Shown here piece by piece: positions 13,341 to 27,349 of a DNA stretch of 64,000 bases. A model generated the notes under the pieces. It saw only the letters and a program-made list of their open reading frames with translations. It made no database searches and was not told the DNA's origin. The stretch's first letter is position 1, and the number at the start of each line of letters is the position of its first letter. Source of the stretch: Lama guanicoe (taxonomy: Eukaryota); the NCBI GenBank assembly GCA_013239625.1, contig MU054323.1:4020161-4084160 (forward strand), in the 5' to 3' direction. The translations under genes and the position numbers were made by a program.

Positions 13341-13843
13341 ATGAGGTTCAAAGTTAGAATCTGGAGAGGAAAGCAATCATTCTCACAGAAAATTCTCATT
13401 ACTACCAAAGTGACTGCATTCAGACCAGAATGAAGGCAGATGTGTAAGAGAATTGTGGTGTGTTTCCACCTCCTGGATAGTTTGCCAAGAAAGCCTAAGG
13501 CATATTTTAGTTACACGTTGCACGAACTATCCTGTGGCCAAAGCTCACTTGGCTTTGTGCCCCCATCACCCCTCCCTTTATTGTCTCTGAAAAGAATCAG
13601 TGAGGAAAGGGTTCCTTTCCATACCTCTGAGAGGGACAGAAAACCTGCTATGTGCTTGGTAGGATAATCCTGTCCCTGCCTCAGGGCGTAAAAAGAAAAC
13701 TCTGAAACGAATTCTCCAAGTTAAAAATGAAATTCCAGCTGAAAATGAAATCCTGGAATAGATTTCTTCGCATCTGTTTCAATAGAAACCAAAGTCTAGG
13801 TGTTTTTTCCCCTCCCTTTAAAGTATGCCTATACATGTGGAGG

Positions 13844-14208
13844 GTCTATGGACTGAATGCTTGTGTCTCCAAATTTGTAAGTGAGAGCTCTAACACCCCC
13901 ATTCAGTGGTATTTGGAGATGAGGACTTTTGGACGTCACTAGGGTTAGATGAGATCATGAGGGTGGGGCCCCCATGATGGGGTTAGTGATCTAGAGACAT
14001 CAGAGGGCCCCTTCCCCCTCCCTCCCTGGACACACAAAGAAGAGGTCACATGAACACAAAGTAGGATGTTGGCTGCCTATAAGCTAGGAAAAGAGGCTTA
14101 TAATGAAGTTATCTTGATAGCACCTTGATCTGGGACTTCCAGAAAATTGAGAGAGAAATTTGCTTAAGTTAAGGTATTTTGTTATGGCAGCCCAAGATGA
14201 CTAAAACA
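13844..14208 (+). mobile_element. MaLR solo LTR (MLT1A/MST-like) with a 5-bp TSD
   Basis: Begins ctatggactgaatgcttgtgtc and ends gtattttgttatggcagcccaagatgactaaaaca; flanked by ggagg at 13839-13843 and 14209-14213. Confidence 0.9.
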
Positions 14209-15124
14209 GGAGGTGATATTTAAGCACTAACTAAATGCTAGGCACTGTGTTACACTTAATGTTTGAAACAAAACTAGGAGGTGGGTGTTAGCATCCCCAT
14301 TTTGCCAAGGAGGAGAACAAAGCTCAGCATCACACAGCTACGAAGTGATGGCAGATATTATTATCAAATTGCCCCCTATACTCCTGCATCAATTTATTCT
14401 CTCACTAACAATCTTCATACACCTACCCACCTTGATAAATGACCAGCAACCCTTTTCAAAACCCTTGATAGGTCTCTCACTGTAAGGTCTTGGTCACATT
14501 ACTTTCTTTTTTGAGCTAATGGTTGAAAATGCGGACAGCTTCCAAAACTGGTCAAACATGGGCTTTGCTGCTTCCTTATCAACATACACACATCTCCCCG
14601 AGGGTCCTTGGGGAAATAGCAGGGTGCTGGGTACAGGCAGGCAATGGTGTCTTGAAATGTGAAGATGTCGAAAACAACGTTTAGGAGAGAGCGGAAGAGA
14701 GGAAGATTCTAGTTTTTCCCTCTTTTACTGCCCATATTATTCTAAGGGGGCGCTAAGCTAGAGGTGAGATCGGGGAGCTGAAATTGCTTTGGAATTGAGT
14801 TAAGTGTCCCTAATACAGTGTAAATTTTGACTGAAGTCCGCCTCCTGGGTAAGGAACTCAGTGTACTGAGAGCCCCACAAAATGGAGGCTTCAAAATACA
14901 AAACACATAAAAATACAACAGAAGGAAGGATGAAGCTAGGACCTGCTGCGTCATCCTTTCCCAATTGCTTTCCCAGGGAGGACAGTAGCATCAGCCCGAG
15001 GCAGTGGGGTGACATCATAATGCTGAAGGCTGTCTTGGTTGGGCAGCCTGCAACTAAGAGCTACACAGCTGGGAAGTGGCCAAGCCAGTTATCTGAATCT
15101 GGTCTTTTTTTTTTCCTTCTCCAC

Positions 15125-15637
15125 TTTCTTGAGTTATAATTGACAAACAGAATTGTAAGATAAAGTATACAACGTGATGATTTGATATATGTATACATTG
15201 TAAAACGATTCTTCCCATCTAGCTAATTAACACAACCATCACCTCACATATTTTTATGTTAAAAATAAATATATGGTGAGAATATTTAAATTCTACTCTC
15301 TTAGCAAATTTTAATTATACAAGACAGTGTTTTCAACTACAGTCATCGCATTGTACATTCGATTCTTCTTCATTTTATAGCTAAAAATTTGCACCCTTGT
15401 ATTAATATCTCCTTATCCCCCTACCCACTTCCCCGCACCAAGTCCCTGGTAATCACTTCTTTTCTTTCTGTTTCTATTAATTTGACTTTTTAAAAATAAA
15501 GATTCTACTTGTGAATTATACCATGCAGTTAATCTTTCTCTCTCTAACTTATTCCGCTTAGCATTATGTCTTCAAGTTCCATTCGTGTTGCAGCAAAAGG
15601 CAGGATTTCCTTCTTTTTCATGACAGAATAATATTCT

Positions 15638-15680
<43 letters not shown>

Positions 15681-16355
15681 CCCACACATCCCACACCACA
15701 TCACACCTTCTTTATCCATTCATCTGTTGATGAACCTTAGGTTGTTATATGTGCTATTGTGAACAATGCTGCAAAGAACATGGGGGTGCAGATATCTTTT
15801 TGATATCCTATTTTCATTTCCTTTGGCTATACACCCAACAGCAGGATTGCTGGATCATACTGCAGTTCTATTTTTAATTTTTTGAAGAACCTCCACACTG
15901 TTTTCCACAGCGGCTGCACCAATTTACATTCCCACCAACAGTGCGCAAGGATCCCCTTTCTTCACATCCTTACCAACACTTAACCCTTACCTTTACGAGG
16001 ACAGCCACTCTTACAAGTGTGAGATGATTTACCGTGGCTCTGATTTGCATTCCACTGATGGCTACAGATGTTGAGCACCTTTTCGTGTGTCTGTTTGTCA
16101 TTTGTAAACCTTCTTTGAAGAAATGCCTATTCAGATCCTCTGTCCATTTTAAAATCAGATTGTTTGTTTTTGCTTTTGAGTTGTGTGAGTTCTTTACATA
16201 TTCTGGATGTTAATCCTTTATCAGATATATGATTTGGAAATATTTTATGCTATTCCATAGGTTGCGTTTTCATTTCATTGACTGTTTCCTTTGCTGTGCA
16301 GAAGCTTTTTAGTTTGACGTAGTCCCACTTTTTAATTTTTTGCCTCTGTTGCTTG
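15125..16355 (-). mobile_element. L1 (L1MA-like) ORF2 end and 3' UTR
   Basis: Canonical antisense L1 text (ccatactgttttccac-like, catttgtaaaccttctttgaagaaatgcctattcag, ttgctgtgcagaagctttttagtttga). Confidence 0.9.
15639..15679. repeat. (CA)n microsatellite inside L1
   Basis: Directly visible, about 20 units. Confidence 0.97.
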
Positions 16356-16433
16356 ACATTATCACTATTCAGGATAAATGTGCTTTGCTGACAAGTGACT
16401 CAAAAGTTTCATAACCTAATTATAAACTTTCTG

Positions 16434-16438
<5 letters not shown>

Positions 16439-16477
<39 letters not shown>
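16439..16477. repeat. (TG)n microsatellite
   Basis: Directly visible, about 19 units. Confidence 0.97.
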
Positions 16478-16478
<1 letters not shown>

Positions 16479-18859
16479 AGATAGTGGGCAACATTCCTCT
16501 GATGGAGCACACTCCTCAAAGACAACCAGAAAATTTCTCCTGTCTAGCCTACTAAGCATTGTTCAGTTAAAATCTTTGTTCGAAAGCATAAGCAATCAAG
16601 TTATGCTAGTTTAAGTTACAAAGGAAAACTTTCTGGAAGAATACAGGGCATTTCCAGGGCAAATTTAAACAATCCTTAGAAACTTTGGGATCTCAATGGC
16701 AAGAATGCACAGACATTCTGTTTAACCTTCCACCATTAACACAACTCAGTGACAAACTCCCAATCCCTGTGATTCTCAGGAGAGAACAGGACTGCACTAG
16801 CTTCGACGGGGCATATGGTCCGCACTGTGTCTCTAGTCCTGACCTTCCACTTCCAGATGTTCATTTCAGTCACAGATGCCAGAGCCATCAGTGATCATCC
16901 AGTGCAACTCCATTTTTCAGATGATGAAACATGAAGGAAGCAAAGCCACTGTCAGCAGCAGAGGCAAGGCTACTGTGGTATTTATACATCAAGAGCCTCC
17001 AAGCCATTAGTTCCACTTCTGTTCCTTTCTCCCTCATTTCCTTGGACAGCACCCTTGTCCTGACCTTTATCATCTCAGATCCGACACATTACAAGAGACT
17101 CCTAAATCTCTCTTAAGGCTGGCCTTAAGGATCTTTAGCCTGATTGATACTGTATCACCACAAAAGATCTCCCCAAAACAATCATAATTGTGCTACTCTA
17201 CAAATTCAGCTCAAAATCTCCAGTGGTTAACCACTGTCTATAGGTCAGATTCCTCATTACGAAGGAATAGGAGGGGTTCCTAAGAAACTGGAGGGATTCT
17301 TGGTACCTAACTCCTCTGAAAATAAGATTCACAGGTTAAATAAACACCAGATGATCTCTGAGGTTCCACCCAAGCTAAACTTCTTAAGACCCTGTACCAC
17401 TTGGCTTCACATTATCTTCCAAGTCTCATCTTCTCTAACTCCTTGATGTAATCTTATCTTTATTCTTTCATATGTTTATATAGTTCTACCATTAGAAATA
17501 TATTTTTATATCACTTCAGAAAACAAAGTTCAATATTTAAGAACTCTGGAGCAATGAAACATTTTTCCTCTCTTCAAACGAATTTATTAATTCATCTCTT
17601 CATGTTCCATAAAGTGTCACTGATCTGATAATTTGATGAAAACATTTATATACAAATATTCCAGTAAACGATAAAATCTACAGACACCAAGAAGTTTACT
17701 CAGCCACCTATGTAATCTTAGAATAAAATACTCTGAATACACACAAACGACTAAGACCTAAGCTAAAAAAGCACTTTTTTTAGCTTAGGAGGAGTTAGAT
17801 TGTATATGCCCCTAGAGATAAAATTTCATTACAATCAACTTCTCTCCGTTGTCTCTTATTTCAAAGACCTTTTGTACAGCACATTGTTTTTATGTTTAAA
17901 AATTCAACTTTTTTAGATTCTTACTTTGTTATTTTCTTTTTTCAAAAACGTATGAAATACTGTAATAAAACCAATCATTGCCAATCTTCACAAAAATAGA
18001 TATCAAATTCTAAACTTCCCTAGACTTCTCTGAATGGTTTTACCCTAGAGCTGCTTTCTCTATGGTTATTCTTTTTTAACACCAACATTTTTATTCACTT
18101 TGTCATTTTAAAGAAAATTTTTGTATAATGAGGACATCCTCCTCAGTGAATAATGAACAGAACTCAGTATTTTCCTTATGATTAAGGGTTATCCTTAAAC
18201 TTTTCCTTTACTTTCAGAATCATTTATTGATCAGACATTGAACAAACTGCTGGAGATGCTACCCACTGACTCTGAGCAGGACCTAAGTATGAGGAGACAT
18301 GCTTAGGGCATATGTGGGATGGCAGGACACAAGTGGTTGCTGGCCTAGAGATGAAGAAGTGTTGTAAATGCATCATAACTGATGTGTCTTCATATTTTTT
18401 CATTTTTGTTCCACACATACCCTTCAAACTAATGCTAAATCTCCCACTTATGTCCCTCTTTATTCATTACCAGATGTTCATTCTCTTTTAATCCTCAAAA
18501 ACAAATCTACACGATAAATGAGCTAATGGTATCCTTCCCATCTGGTGGGTGAGAAAAAAATCTAGGCCATAAGGCTAAGTGATTTCCTGGACCTTGCAAT
18601 ATGTAGCTGGTTGAAGTGAGAATATATTTGTCTTCTAACTCCTCGCCTAACTCCTCAGCTTCTTTCATTATTTTGCCCAATCTTCCCACAAAATAGGAGA
18701 GGACTTGGTAGTTCTGAATAGGGATGGAAATATGGTGAAACAGAATACATCTACAATGAATCTTTGTGTTAGCTCAGTTTTGGCTTTTTCTAGTAAGCTA
18801 CACATAGCTGGATTCCTAAAAACCCATATTTTATGGAAAAAAAACTACCCAGTTAATAT

Positions 18860-20400
18860 TTATTGTTATTTTTGGTATTTTTAGACCTATTCCTGCCATC
18901 TTTTTTGTGTTTTCAACTTACCACTCTCTCCCATGCTTGCATTTCTTTTTTCCAATCTTTTCATGGATTAGTGAAATTTTCTCTGTTCTTTACATTTACT
19001 GATTTGAAAATCACACATATTCTATTTTTATTTTTCTACAAAGTAGTTATATTTAACTTTTTTTGAAATTGTTGGATTTCCCCCATTGTTGAATTATAGG
19101 TTGTTTTATTCTTTTTAAAAAGAAATTTGTTGCTGTTTTTGGTGGGGAGGTAATTAAGTTCATTTGTTTGTTTTATTTATTTCACTGGAGATTGAACCCA
19201 GGACCTTGTGTATGCTAAGCACACGCTCTACTACTGAGCTATACCCTCCCCCAATATTTAAGTTTTTATCATAAGTGGTTAAATTTAAATTTCTCTAACA
19301 GTGTCTGAAGTTAATCACTATCCACTGATTCCTTCTGGTGAATCTTAAGATGCTTTTATTCTAAATTCTTCATCAGCACCCCTGCCTCCATCTTCCACAT
19401 CCCATGTTGACATAATCTAAAATCTTGGCACACTATTTTAAAAAATAATTTTATAATCATATCTCATAGAAAAAATAGTTTTTATTATTTTTTGGCTGGG
19501 TGCTGCAGTTCATTGTTAAGTTCTGGATTCACTTTTTTTTGCATATTCTCTAGTAGTTCTTTCAGCTTTCAGAGAGGATCTATTGGGTTATTAAAACTCT
19601 AAATTCCTGGATATTTAAAAAAATCATATTTCATCCTTACATTTCAGTGATATTATGGCTGAATATAGAAATTTAGATTTGAACTTCTTTTTCGTCAGCA
19701 AACTAAAGATACCGTCTGATGTCTTTCTTCATCCAGTATTGTCAGGACACATCTAATGCCAAGTCTGACCAGACTGACTCTGAGCAGTCTTTTTCTTACC
19801 CTCTCTGGAGGCTTCAGCAGTTAGCCTTTATCCTTGTAGCTTTCAGCATATGACTGTATAATTAATGTTTTGAGCTTTTATTACGTTTGTAAACTGCCTT
19901 TTTAAAATTGTGTTATTTATTTCTTTTTAATGATGCTCTATAGTTGGCAGACCATTTCAACCTGAGGATTTATATGTTTCTTCAACTATAAGAAATTCCA
20001 TTCTACCATTTATTCAGATTTCACCTCCCTTCTGTTCTCATTTTTCTCTTTTAGGTAGATGCAGTGTCTTGCAGAACTCTCTTCCATGCCTCAAGTTTTC
20101 ATCTCTCTCTTACCCTGTACTTCACTTCTAGGCTATCTTCTAGATATGTAATTTCCGTTTCAGCTGTGCCCATTCTTCTGTCTATATCAACTGAATTTTT
20201 GGTATCAATAATTACGGTTTTCTTATCCCCAGGTTTATCTTTTTTTTAAATTTTATTTTATAAAAGACAGTTTCTGATTCATTATTGTGACGTCATCCTA
20301 TATCTGAAGACATAATTAAACTTGTTTTAAAGTCCTTTCTTTATCACTCTTAACTTTCGCATAGCTGTAATTCTGCTGTGTTGTTATCTAATTTTTACAG
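18860..20400 (-). mobile_element. Highly decayed L1ME-like region
   Basis: T-rich antisense L1-like text (e.g. tggctgaatatagaaatttagatt...ttcttcaactataagaaattcca). Confidence 0.5.
19135..19252 (-). mobile_element. tRNA-derived SINE, camelid Vic-1-like
   Basis: ggggaggtaattaag...ggagattgaacccaggaccttgtgtatgctaagcacacgctctactactgagctataccctcccc; Pol III A and B boxes on the minus strand. Confidence 0.85.
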
Positions 20401-20852
20401 TGGCTGCATACCAGATGTTGGTGGTTTCTGACTGTGGGCTTGTTTTTGTAGTTTGGATTCCTTCCTGGACCCTTTATACTTCTAGTCCCACTGCAGGCCT
20501 TTGGGGAGGTGGAGAAGTAGATACTGAAGTTTGAGCTCTGCACTATTTTCAATGAGAACGGGGAGAAGGTGGGATGCATGCTGGATGGGATACCTTAGAG
20601 GCTGGTGTTCTGGGCTTAGTCATTCTATCTGGGCTTTGCCAGGCCCTGCCTCTCCTACAGCATGGCTCCCGACAGATCTGAATGGGTGGAGAGGAGAGTT
20701 GGATGAACACAGCAAAGCCAGTGTGGGTACCGCAACTCATTTCCCTGTCATATTCATTAAATTCCTCATCTCTACTCCTGGATTCTTCCACCTGGAGGCA
20801 GGAGGAACTCCTGGTGAAGGTCTCATGTTCTGTGGTAGTACTTTCCAAAGAT

Positions 20853-21237
20853 CAGTCTCCCAAGGCAAAAACAATAAAAGCAAAAATAAACAAATGGGAC
20901 CAAATCAAACTTATAAGCTTTTGCACAGCAAAGGAAACTATCAACAAAACAAAAAGACAACTTATGGAATGGGAGAAAATATTTGCAAATGATAAGACCA
21001 GAAGTACTTAATTTCCAAAATATAAAAAGACCTCCTACAACTCAATAACAAAAAAAAACCCCAAACAGCCCAATGAAAAAATGGCCAGCAGACCTAAATA
21101 GACATTTCTCCAAAGAAGACATCCGATGGCCAATTGGCACATGAAAAGATGCTCAACACAACACTAATTAATAGAGAAATGCAAATCAAAACTACAATAG
21201 GGTATCACCTGATACAGGTTAGAATAACCATCATCAT
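20853..21237 (+). mobile_element. L1 ORF2 C-terminal fragment
   Basis: Translates to [46 protein letters not shown]. Confidence 0.92.
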
Positions 21238-21239
21238 AT

Positions 21240-21655
21240 AATCTTTGTTCTTTTGTGTCTGGATTATTTCTCTTATAATGTCTTCAAGTTTCTTTTATGT
21301 TGTAGTATGTGACAGAACTTGATTACTTTACAAGGCTGAATGATATTCCATTATATGCACATGCTGCATTTTGCTTGTCCATTCATCCAAGGGTGGGCAC
21401 ATGGGTTGTTTCCACCTTTTGGCTATTGTGAATAAAGCTGCTATGAAGGTTGGTGTACAAATGTCTATGTGAATCTCTCTCAATTTTGGGGGGAGTATAT
21501 GCCCAGTAGTGAGATTTTTGGGGTCATATGGTAATTCTGTGGGATTTTGAGGAACCACTGTACTATTTTCTACAGTACTGAACCATTTTTACATTTTCAT
21601 TAGCAATGCACAATGGTTCCAATTTCTGTGCATCCTCCCAACACTTATTTTTACT
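21240..21655 (-). mobile_element. L1MB-like ORF2 end / 3' UTR fragment
   Basis: ORF 21328-21558 translates to ELPYDP...CTPTFIAALFTIAKRWKQPMCP...MEYHSAL. Confidence 0.9.
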
Positions 21656-24600
21656 ACTGTTCTTCTGATTTAATCCTCATGACAAGGGAGTAGTTTTTTT
21701 TCTATCTGACATCTGTATGGCACTTCACAGTTTTTTTTTTGCATAGATTACACTTTTTAGCCATTATAATACTCTTTAGTTTAAGTATTATATGTTTATT
21801 ATGAAAGAGGATATTGAAGTTTAGGGGTGTTACATCACTTACCTAAGATCACAGAGCTTATCAATGGAAAAGTCAAATACATAATTTTACTCCTGATTCT
21901 TTTTTCATTGGGAGAATTAAACAGTCTATGTTCTTCGAGATTTTTCCCTGCATGCTCTATTCACTCTGAATCACAGCATTGAGAAGAGTTTTCAGAAAAC
22001 GTACTTGCTGTTTTCCTACATCAACTAAAGTATCAAAGAAAATAAAAGGCTTCAATGAGTCACAGGCAATGATTTAGGTTAGCTATTAACTGGGTGACTG
22101 ATGTTGGTGAGACATTGGAAATGATTACCAAAGGATGCTCTGAGATAATTCAAGTCTTGAAAAATGCTATGGATTGGATTCCATCCCAGGACATGCCTGA
22201 GGGTGCAGAAAGTAATTCAGTGAATCCCTGTTAATTATTTGAAAGCAGAGGCTAAACTGGATGACCTCACGGTTTCTTGGAGTTCTCCGATTCTGCAACA
22301 AAGATTCTACCAAATGGATTTGTACGTCTCAAGAAAATTGTCCTTTGGTGCCTGGGGATGGGTCTTGTTTTCTTGACCCCTTCATCCCTGATCTCTGAGA
22401 ATGCAGATCTCCTCACTCATTTCCATTTTATACCCTTAGAGTAAAGGGATGCCCCAGGGGAGAGGTCAGAGATGACCTAACTCACCTGAGGCCTTGAGCC
22501 ACTATTTGGGCTGTTTCCTTTCTATACCACTGTTGCCCTGATTCCACTTTGCTCCCCAGGGAGATGTGAAGGCATTGCAATTTTGGCCTGAGACTAAAGG
22601 GGACAGCTTCAATGTCTGACCTTTATGGGTTGTCAGTGCTACAGCATACAGAAGGGACAAGGTAGCTGGTTTAAGACAGTAAGCCTAAAGAAAGAAACCT
22701 AGTGGGGAGAACAGACAAGCCACAATCAGCTGCCTGCCTTACAGCAGCAGCCTGGAGGGTATTCAGACATCCCTGGGACTTGACTCGTGCGGGGAAGACC
22801 CTTCCCTCTCCTACAGAACTGTAATTGTACACCTTTTAGTGACCCTGTGAACAAGACTAATTCTGCTCTCTTGATGTGTTTAATATCCATATGTTTTAGT
22901 TTCCTCATTATTTAAAAGGAAGAATCAAAACTTCCCACCTCATAGCTGTTAAATCTTTTTGAAAAGAAGCATGTATTCCAAGCACTTCAAAGACCTTTTC
23001 AGGAGAATGTTGAAATTAAGGAAAAACTACTCTAGAAGTCATATAAAAAAATGTTTGCTGGAAAATTAAGGTGATGTACTATGCAAACAAAAGTGTAATC
23101 AGTTAATAAGCAATGTGTATCTGAAACTCAAAAAGATAAAAATAAGAAGAAAATTATTTTTTTAAAAAAGCAAAAGTACTGCCTCTAACCCACATCCTTT
23201 TTCTTTCCTTTTCTGTTCTTGAAGTCACCCCCTTGTTGGGGGCTTACGTCTTACACTGTAATTGACAAGTGAAGGACTGGGTTTAGAGGGGCAAATACTG
23301 AAGCATTGCTTTAGCAAACAGTCCAGCTTTTCCAACAGGCCAGCACTGCTGACCTGCAGTAGTGATCACACTGCTCCTGCCTGACGCAGTACATTTAGTT
23401 TTTAGAACCACAGAGCAGAGAATGCAGAGCCAGGAAGGGTACTCAGTGACGATCCCCTCCAACCAACCCTGTCATTGTGCAGATAACAAAACTGAAGCCA
23501 GGACAGGTGCCAATTTTTTTTTTTTTTTTTTTTTATTTTTACATTTCAGAGTTGGAAATTGGAGAATGCAATGAAAATCAAGGTGAAAAAGGCAAGGTGT
23601 ACCCATTTAGCTCACATCCAGGGAGTGATTATTTACAAGCAGGCCTTTCTTCAGTCTGCAGAGTTTACAGAACAACTAAAAATCACTCTAAACCAGATAC
23701 CATCTCAATAAATACACGCAGTTGAGGCCAACAGAACTTGGCTTAGTGCTCAGGTGATCCTCATTCTTGGCATCACAGACCAACTCCCTTCTAAGCCTAG
23801 AGAACTCCACATAACACGAGACACTGCTCTCCAAAGATCTGCCTTTTTACCTCTTCAGGGCGGCTGGAGGCTTCCATTGGCAGCCCTAATCAGCAGATCA
23901 ACACAAACCCACAAACCTCAATCACTCAGCTTTCACCTACTCTAGACTGCTTTCTCTCAAATTTAATTGCCTGAAGTTTAGTGTCTGTGATAAGAACTCA
24001 GGGGTGATACTACACACCTCCGGAACCCCTCTGCTGATATGGGCTGTGCCCGGCAAGCAATGATAGCAGGCTTTGGGCAATTAGGAGTGCGGGATTTTCT
24101 CCTCACTGCCAGGATCGGCACAGAGCATGTCCCGCTGTGCACACTCTGGTGGGGCTGGCTTGATTTCACAGTTTTTCACACCCTATTGTCATATACCGCT
24201 TATCTCAAACAAGGTCCCTGTCCAAGTGTGCTTTGATGTTTTATGTAATAAGTGACAAAATTCAGGATGTAAACATCAAAAGAAGAAGTCCACATTTTTC
24301 TTTTTTTATTCTGTAAGGTTTAACATGTCAAATTATATCTTTAATCACAAAAGAGCACAGCGAACAAAATGTGTTGTGGTGGGATTATGCAAATTTAAAA
24401 AATACTTTACAAATTTTCTACAATGAAAATTTATTATATTTTTAAATCAGATAAATGTTTTAAAGAATCCTGACAGGTGTTGTGAGGCCCGTTGGGCCCC
24501 TGTGATACTGGATTTTAGGGACTTCCTCACCTCTACGGTGAAAGGAAACACTGTGACTTCCAGGCTCTTGGCTACATTGAGGTTTTATAATTCCATGAAA

Positions 24601-26402
24601 GCTCTAAACTCATCATCATTAAAAATAGATCTCCAGGGCTGGGGGGATCATTCTGATATTAGTTTTATTGTTCTAAAACCCCAGATTTGGAGCTGGAATG
24701 CTCCAAGAAATCTCTACCTGAAAAGTCAGGTGGTCCTCCAGGAGGGGAAGGGGCTGGGGGTACGTTATCAACACTCTTGTGATTTCTGCTTCTTTGGTGT
24801 TTTCCTCAGGGTGACTAACTAAAATGCTCTTTGTTCTTTGTTCCAGAGTCAGAGACGTCCCCGCCACGCGGCACACGGATTTATAACTCCGGGCAAAGGT
24901 TTTGACAAATACGATTTCTTCACTCCAAAGTCCACCTATGTGGATTCCCTGAAAATCCAGAATGGTGCACATCTGTCTGCTGGTTTCTAATCCTAGGAGC
25001 CTTGGCTGCAGAGGCAGGAGGAGTTCCTACAGCTCTGGAGATAAAGACTGGCGCAGAGGCTGGTGCTGTGTGGGCACACTCATGCACTTGATTTACTGCT
25101 CTCTCTTTTTGGACTGATATAGGGTCTGCACTGACATAGGCAGTCCAGAAAAAAGGAACTGCGTCTATTGCAACACTTAAGTGATGTAAACAAAAAGATC
25201 AAAACCCAGCAATCTGGTGGAAACACACTTATCCAGACAATCCACTGTAGTGTTCCAATTGAAGAGTTCTACTTAGAGAAAGAGAATGAATTCAAACCAA
25301 AGAACCAATCAGCCAATCAACCAGACAAGATCTGGGGTTAGGTTTGATGGTCTGATACATACAAGGAACATAATAAAATGACTGATTCTATATCTGGGTT
25401 CTGGGCACCTGATCTGGGACATAAATAAGAATCTTCAATGGCTATTTTACCTTGCCCTCCACTCACCCCTCCCATGAAGACAGGGAACAAGGAGGTGCTT
25501 GAATCCTTTCAGGCCCTATGAGTGTCACTGAGCAATTTGTTTCTCAAGCATCTCACATAAACATGGTTGAAATAACAGATAAAACTGATCTGGGTGCCCA
25601 ACTCAGGGAGTGCAGTTTTAACGTCCAAAGCCCATATGACAAACCCCATCTAAAAAACATTTGACTTTAAGTGAATGCAATGACACTAAACCCACTCTAG
25701 TGAGCAATTTTGTAAAAGGCATCCATTTTGGAGTCCAGCCCAAATATGAGTGGAACTCATTATTATACTACAGTCTGACTTACCACAAGTTTTGTGGCAG
25801 AGTCCTGGTATGATGTTAACCTTTGAATTGCCTCATCTGGGAAGGAGCCAATTGGCCTGTGGAACACGTGGAGATGAAACACTACCCACCCGAGATGGGA
25901 AAGTACATTTGCCTTAGAAACTCTGATAAGAGGCCCTTGAAAACTGAAAACCACACAAATACCAACGTTTCGGTTCTTGAGAAGTTCACTGTCTAGTGGG
26001 GAAAGCAGATAAAAAATAATGTGAGTGCACTACTAAGAGTATTGCACAGAAGAGGGACACCACATCTAGCCAGATGCTGAGGGCCAGGGAAGGCTGTCGT
26101 TGTAGCTAATCATAAGACCTTCAGAGTACAGTTAATACATTTTGTCTTGAAGATGACACTTGTCCTCCAAATAAATCAGACTCCCCAGAACCATTCCAAA
26201 GGACTAAGCTCTTCTGATAAAAGATATATATTTATTCATGTGCATCCTCAGTGACTGGAAGAAAGGTCAGAAATGTGTCAATGCTTAGACAGTCCAGTGC
26301 CACTGCTTTTTAACCTATGGCCCACTGCCTTGTCAACTGAATGAGTTATTATATTATTATTCCTCCCTACATGCTTTTCTTTAAAAAGACTCTTCTTCAC
26401 AT

Positions 26403-26444
26403 CTTCCAATCTGAGCCCCTACTTCCAATCTGAGCCCCTACTTC
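26403..26444. repeat. 19-bp perfect tandem duplication
   Basis: cttccaatctgagccccta twice, followed by cttc. Confidence 0.9.
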
Positions 26445-27349
26445 TCTTTACACAATCCTTAACAGATCTCTATTTAACCACTTAGACAAACTGCTTAACT
26501 TCGTGTGACATCATTTCTTCTAGAAGATGAAAGCATATATTGCCTGAGATGAAATTGTTTTGGTTTACATTATGCAAGATTTTACCTCACTTGATATTTG
26601 CTTTTTTCCCTTCCCCGTCTTCTGCATACTTCCAGGAGGTCTCCTGAATGGTCCATGCTCAGGCAGCTAAGCCTGGGGGTTATCGGCAGTATCAGGTCTC
26701 TCTTCATAACTAAAAATCTAGAAATGTTTTCATTTCCTGTAAAGTTATCTGACTTGGGTGAGCTGAAAAGTTGAGGATGGGCTGGGGTGCCTGGAGAGCT
26801 CAAGGCCCTCAAAGTGAACGTCATCTTCTAACTGCCTGACAAACCTGTGTACCTTCCATGGCTCAGGACTTCACATCCAGGACAGGGTCTGACCAGCCTG
26901 AATCATGACAAAATCAGGCTGCACACTGGAAACTTCTTATCCTTTCCTCTTTTCTCATTGGCAATGTTCACGTGTCCATGATCCCTCTGGACTAGAAGGG
27001 CCAAAGCTGTGCAGGAATGACAAGGATGGGCCCTTTCCAACTGCAGGCCGGGGTTATGTCAAGAGTATCTCCTAGATGCATTCACTGTCTCACGGTGGGT
27101 CTCTTAGAGTGGAAAGGCTTATTATTAAGGAACACACTCAAGGATTTTCATCTTGAGTTTGGACACAATGCAGGGTCACTTTAATTATCTTGGAAACGAG
27201 AGGGGTGGTAGCCAGCGGAGAGATTATTTTGGAATATATAGCAACATTATCCAAAGCCACTTCCAGTTTGAAGATAAATATGCACCCAGTGATATGATCA
27301 TGCAGATTTTCTCATTAGATCTGCTAATGTAGTAAATCAAATGGATAGA

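Noticed and set aside
14738..14756. AGGGGGCGCTA resembling a CTCF site
   Set aside because: Only the 3' half matches; the CCASYA half is absent.
20853..21655. Adjacent opposite-strand L1 pieces, contiguous in L1 coordinates, suggesting a twin-priming inversion
   Set aside because: The geometry is tail-to-tail rather than the twin-priming arrangement, the pieces look like different-age subfamilies, and I found no shared TSD.
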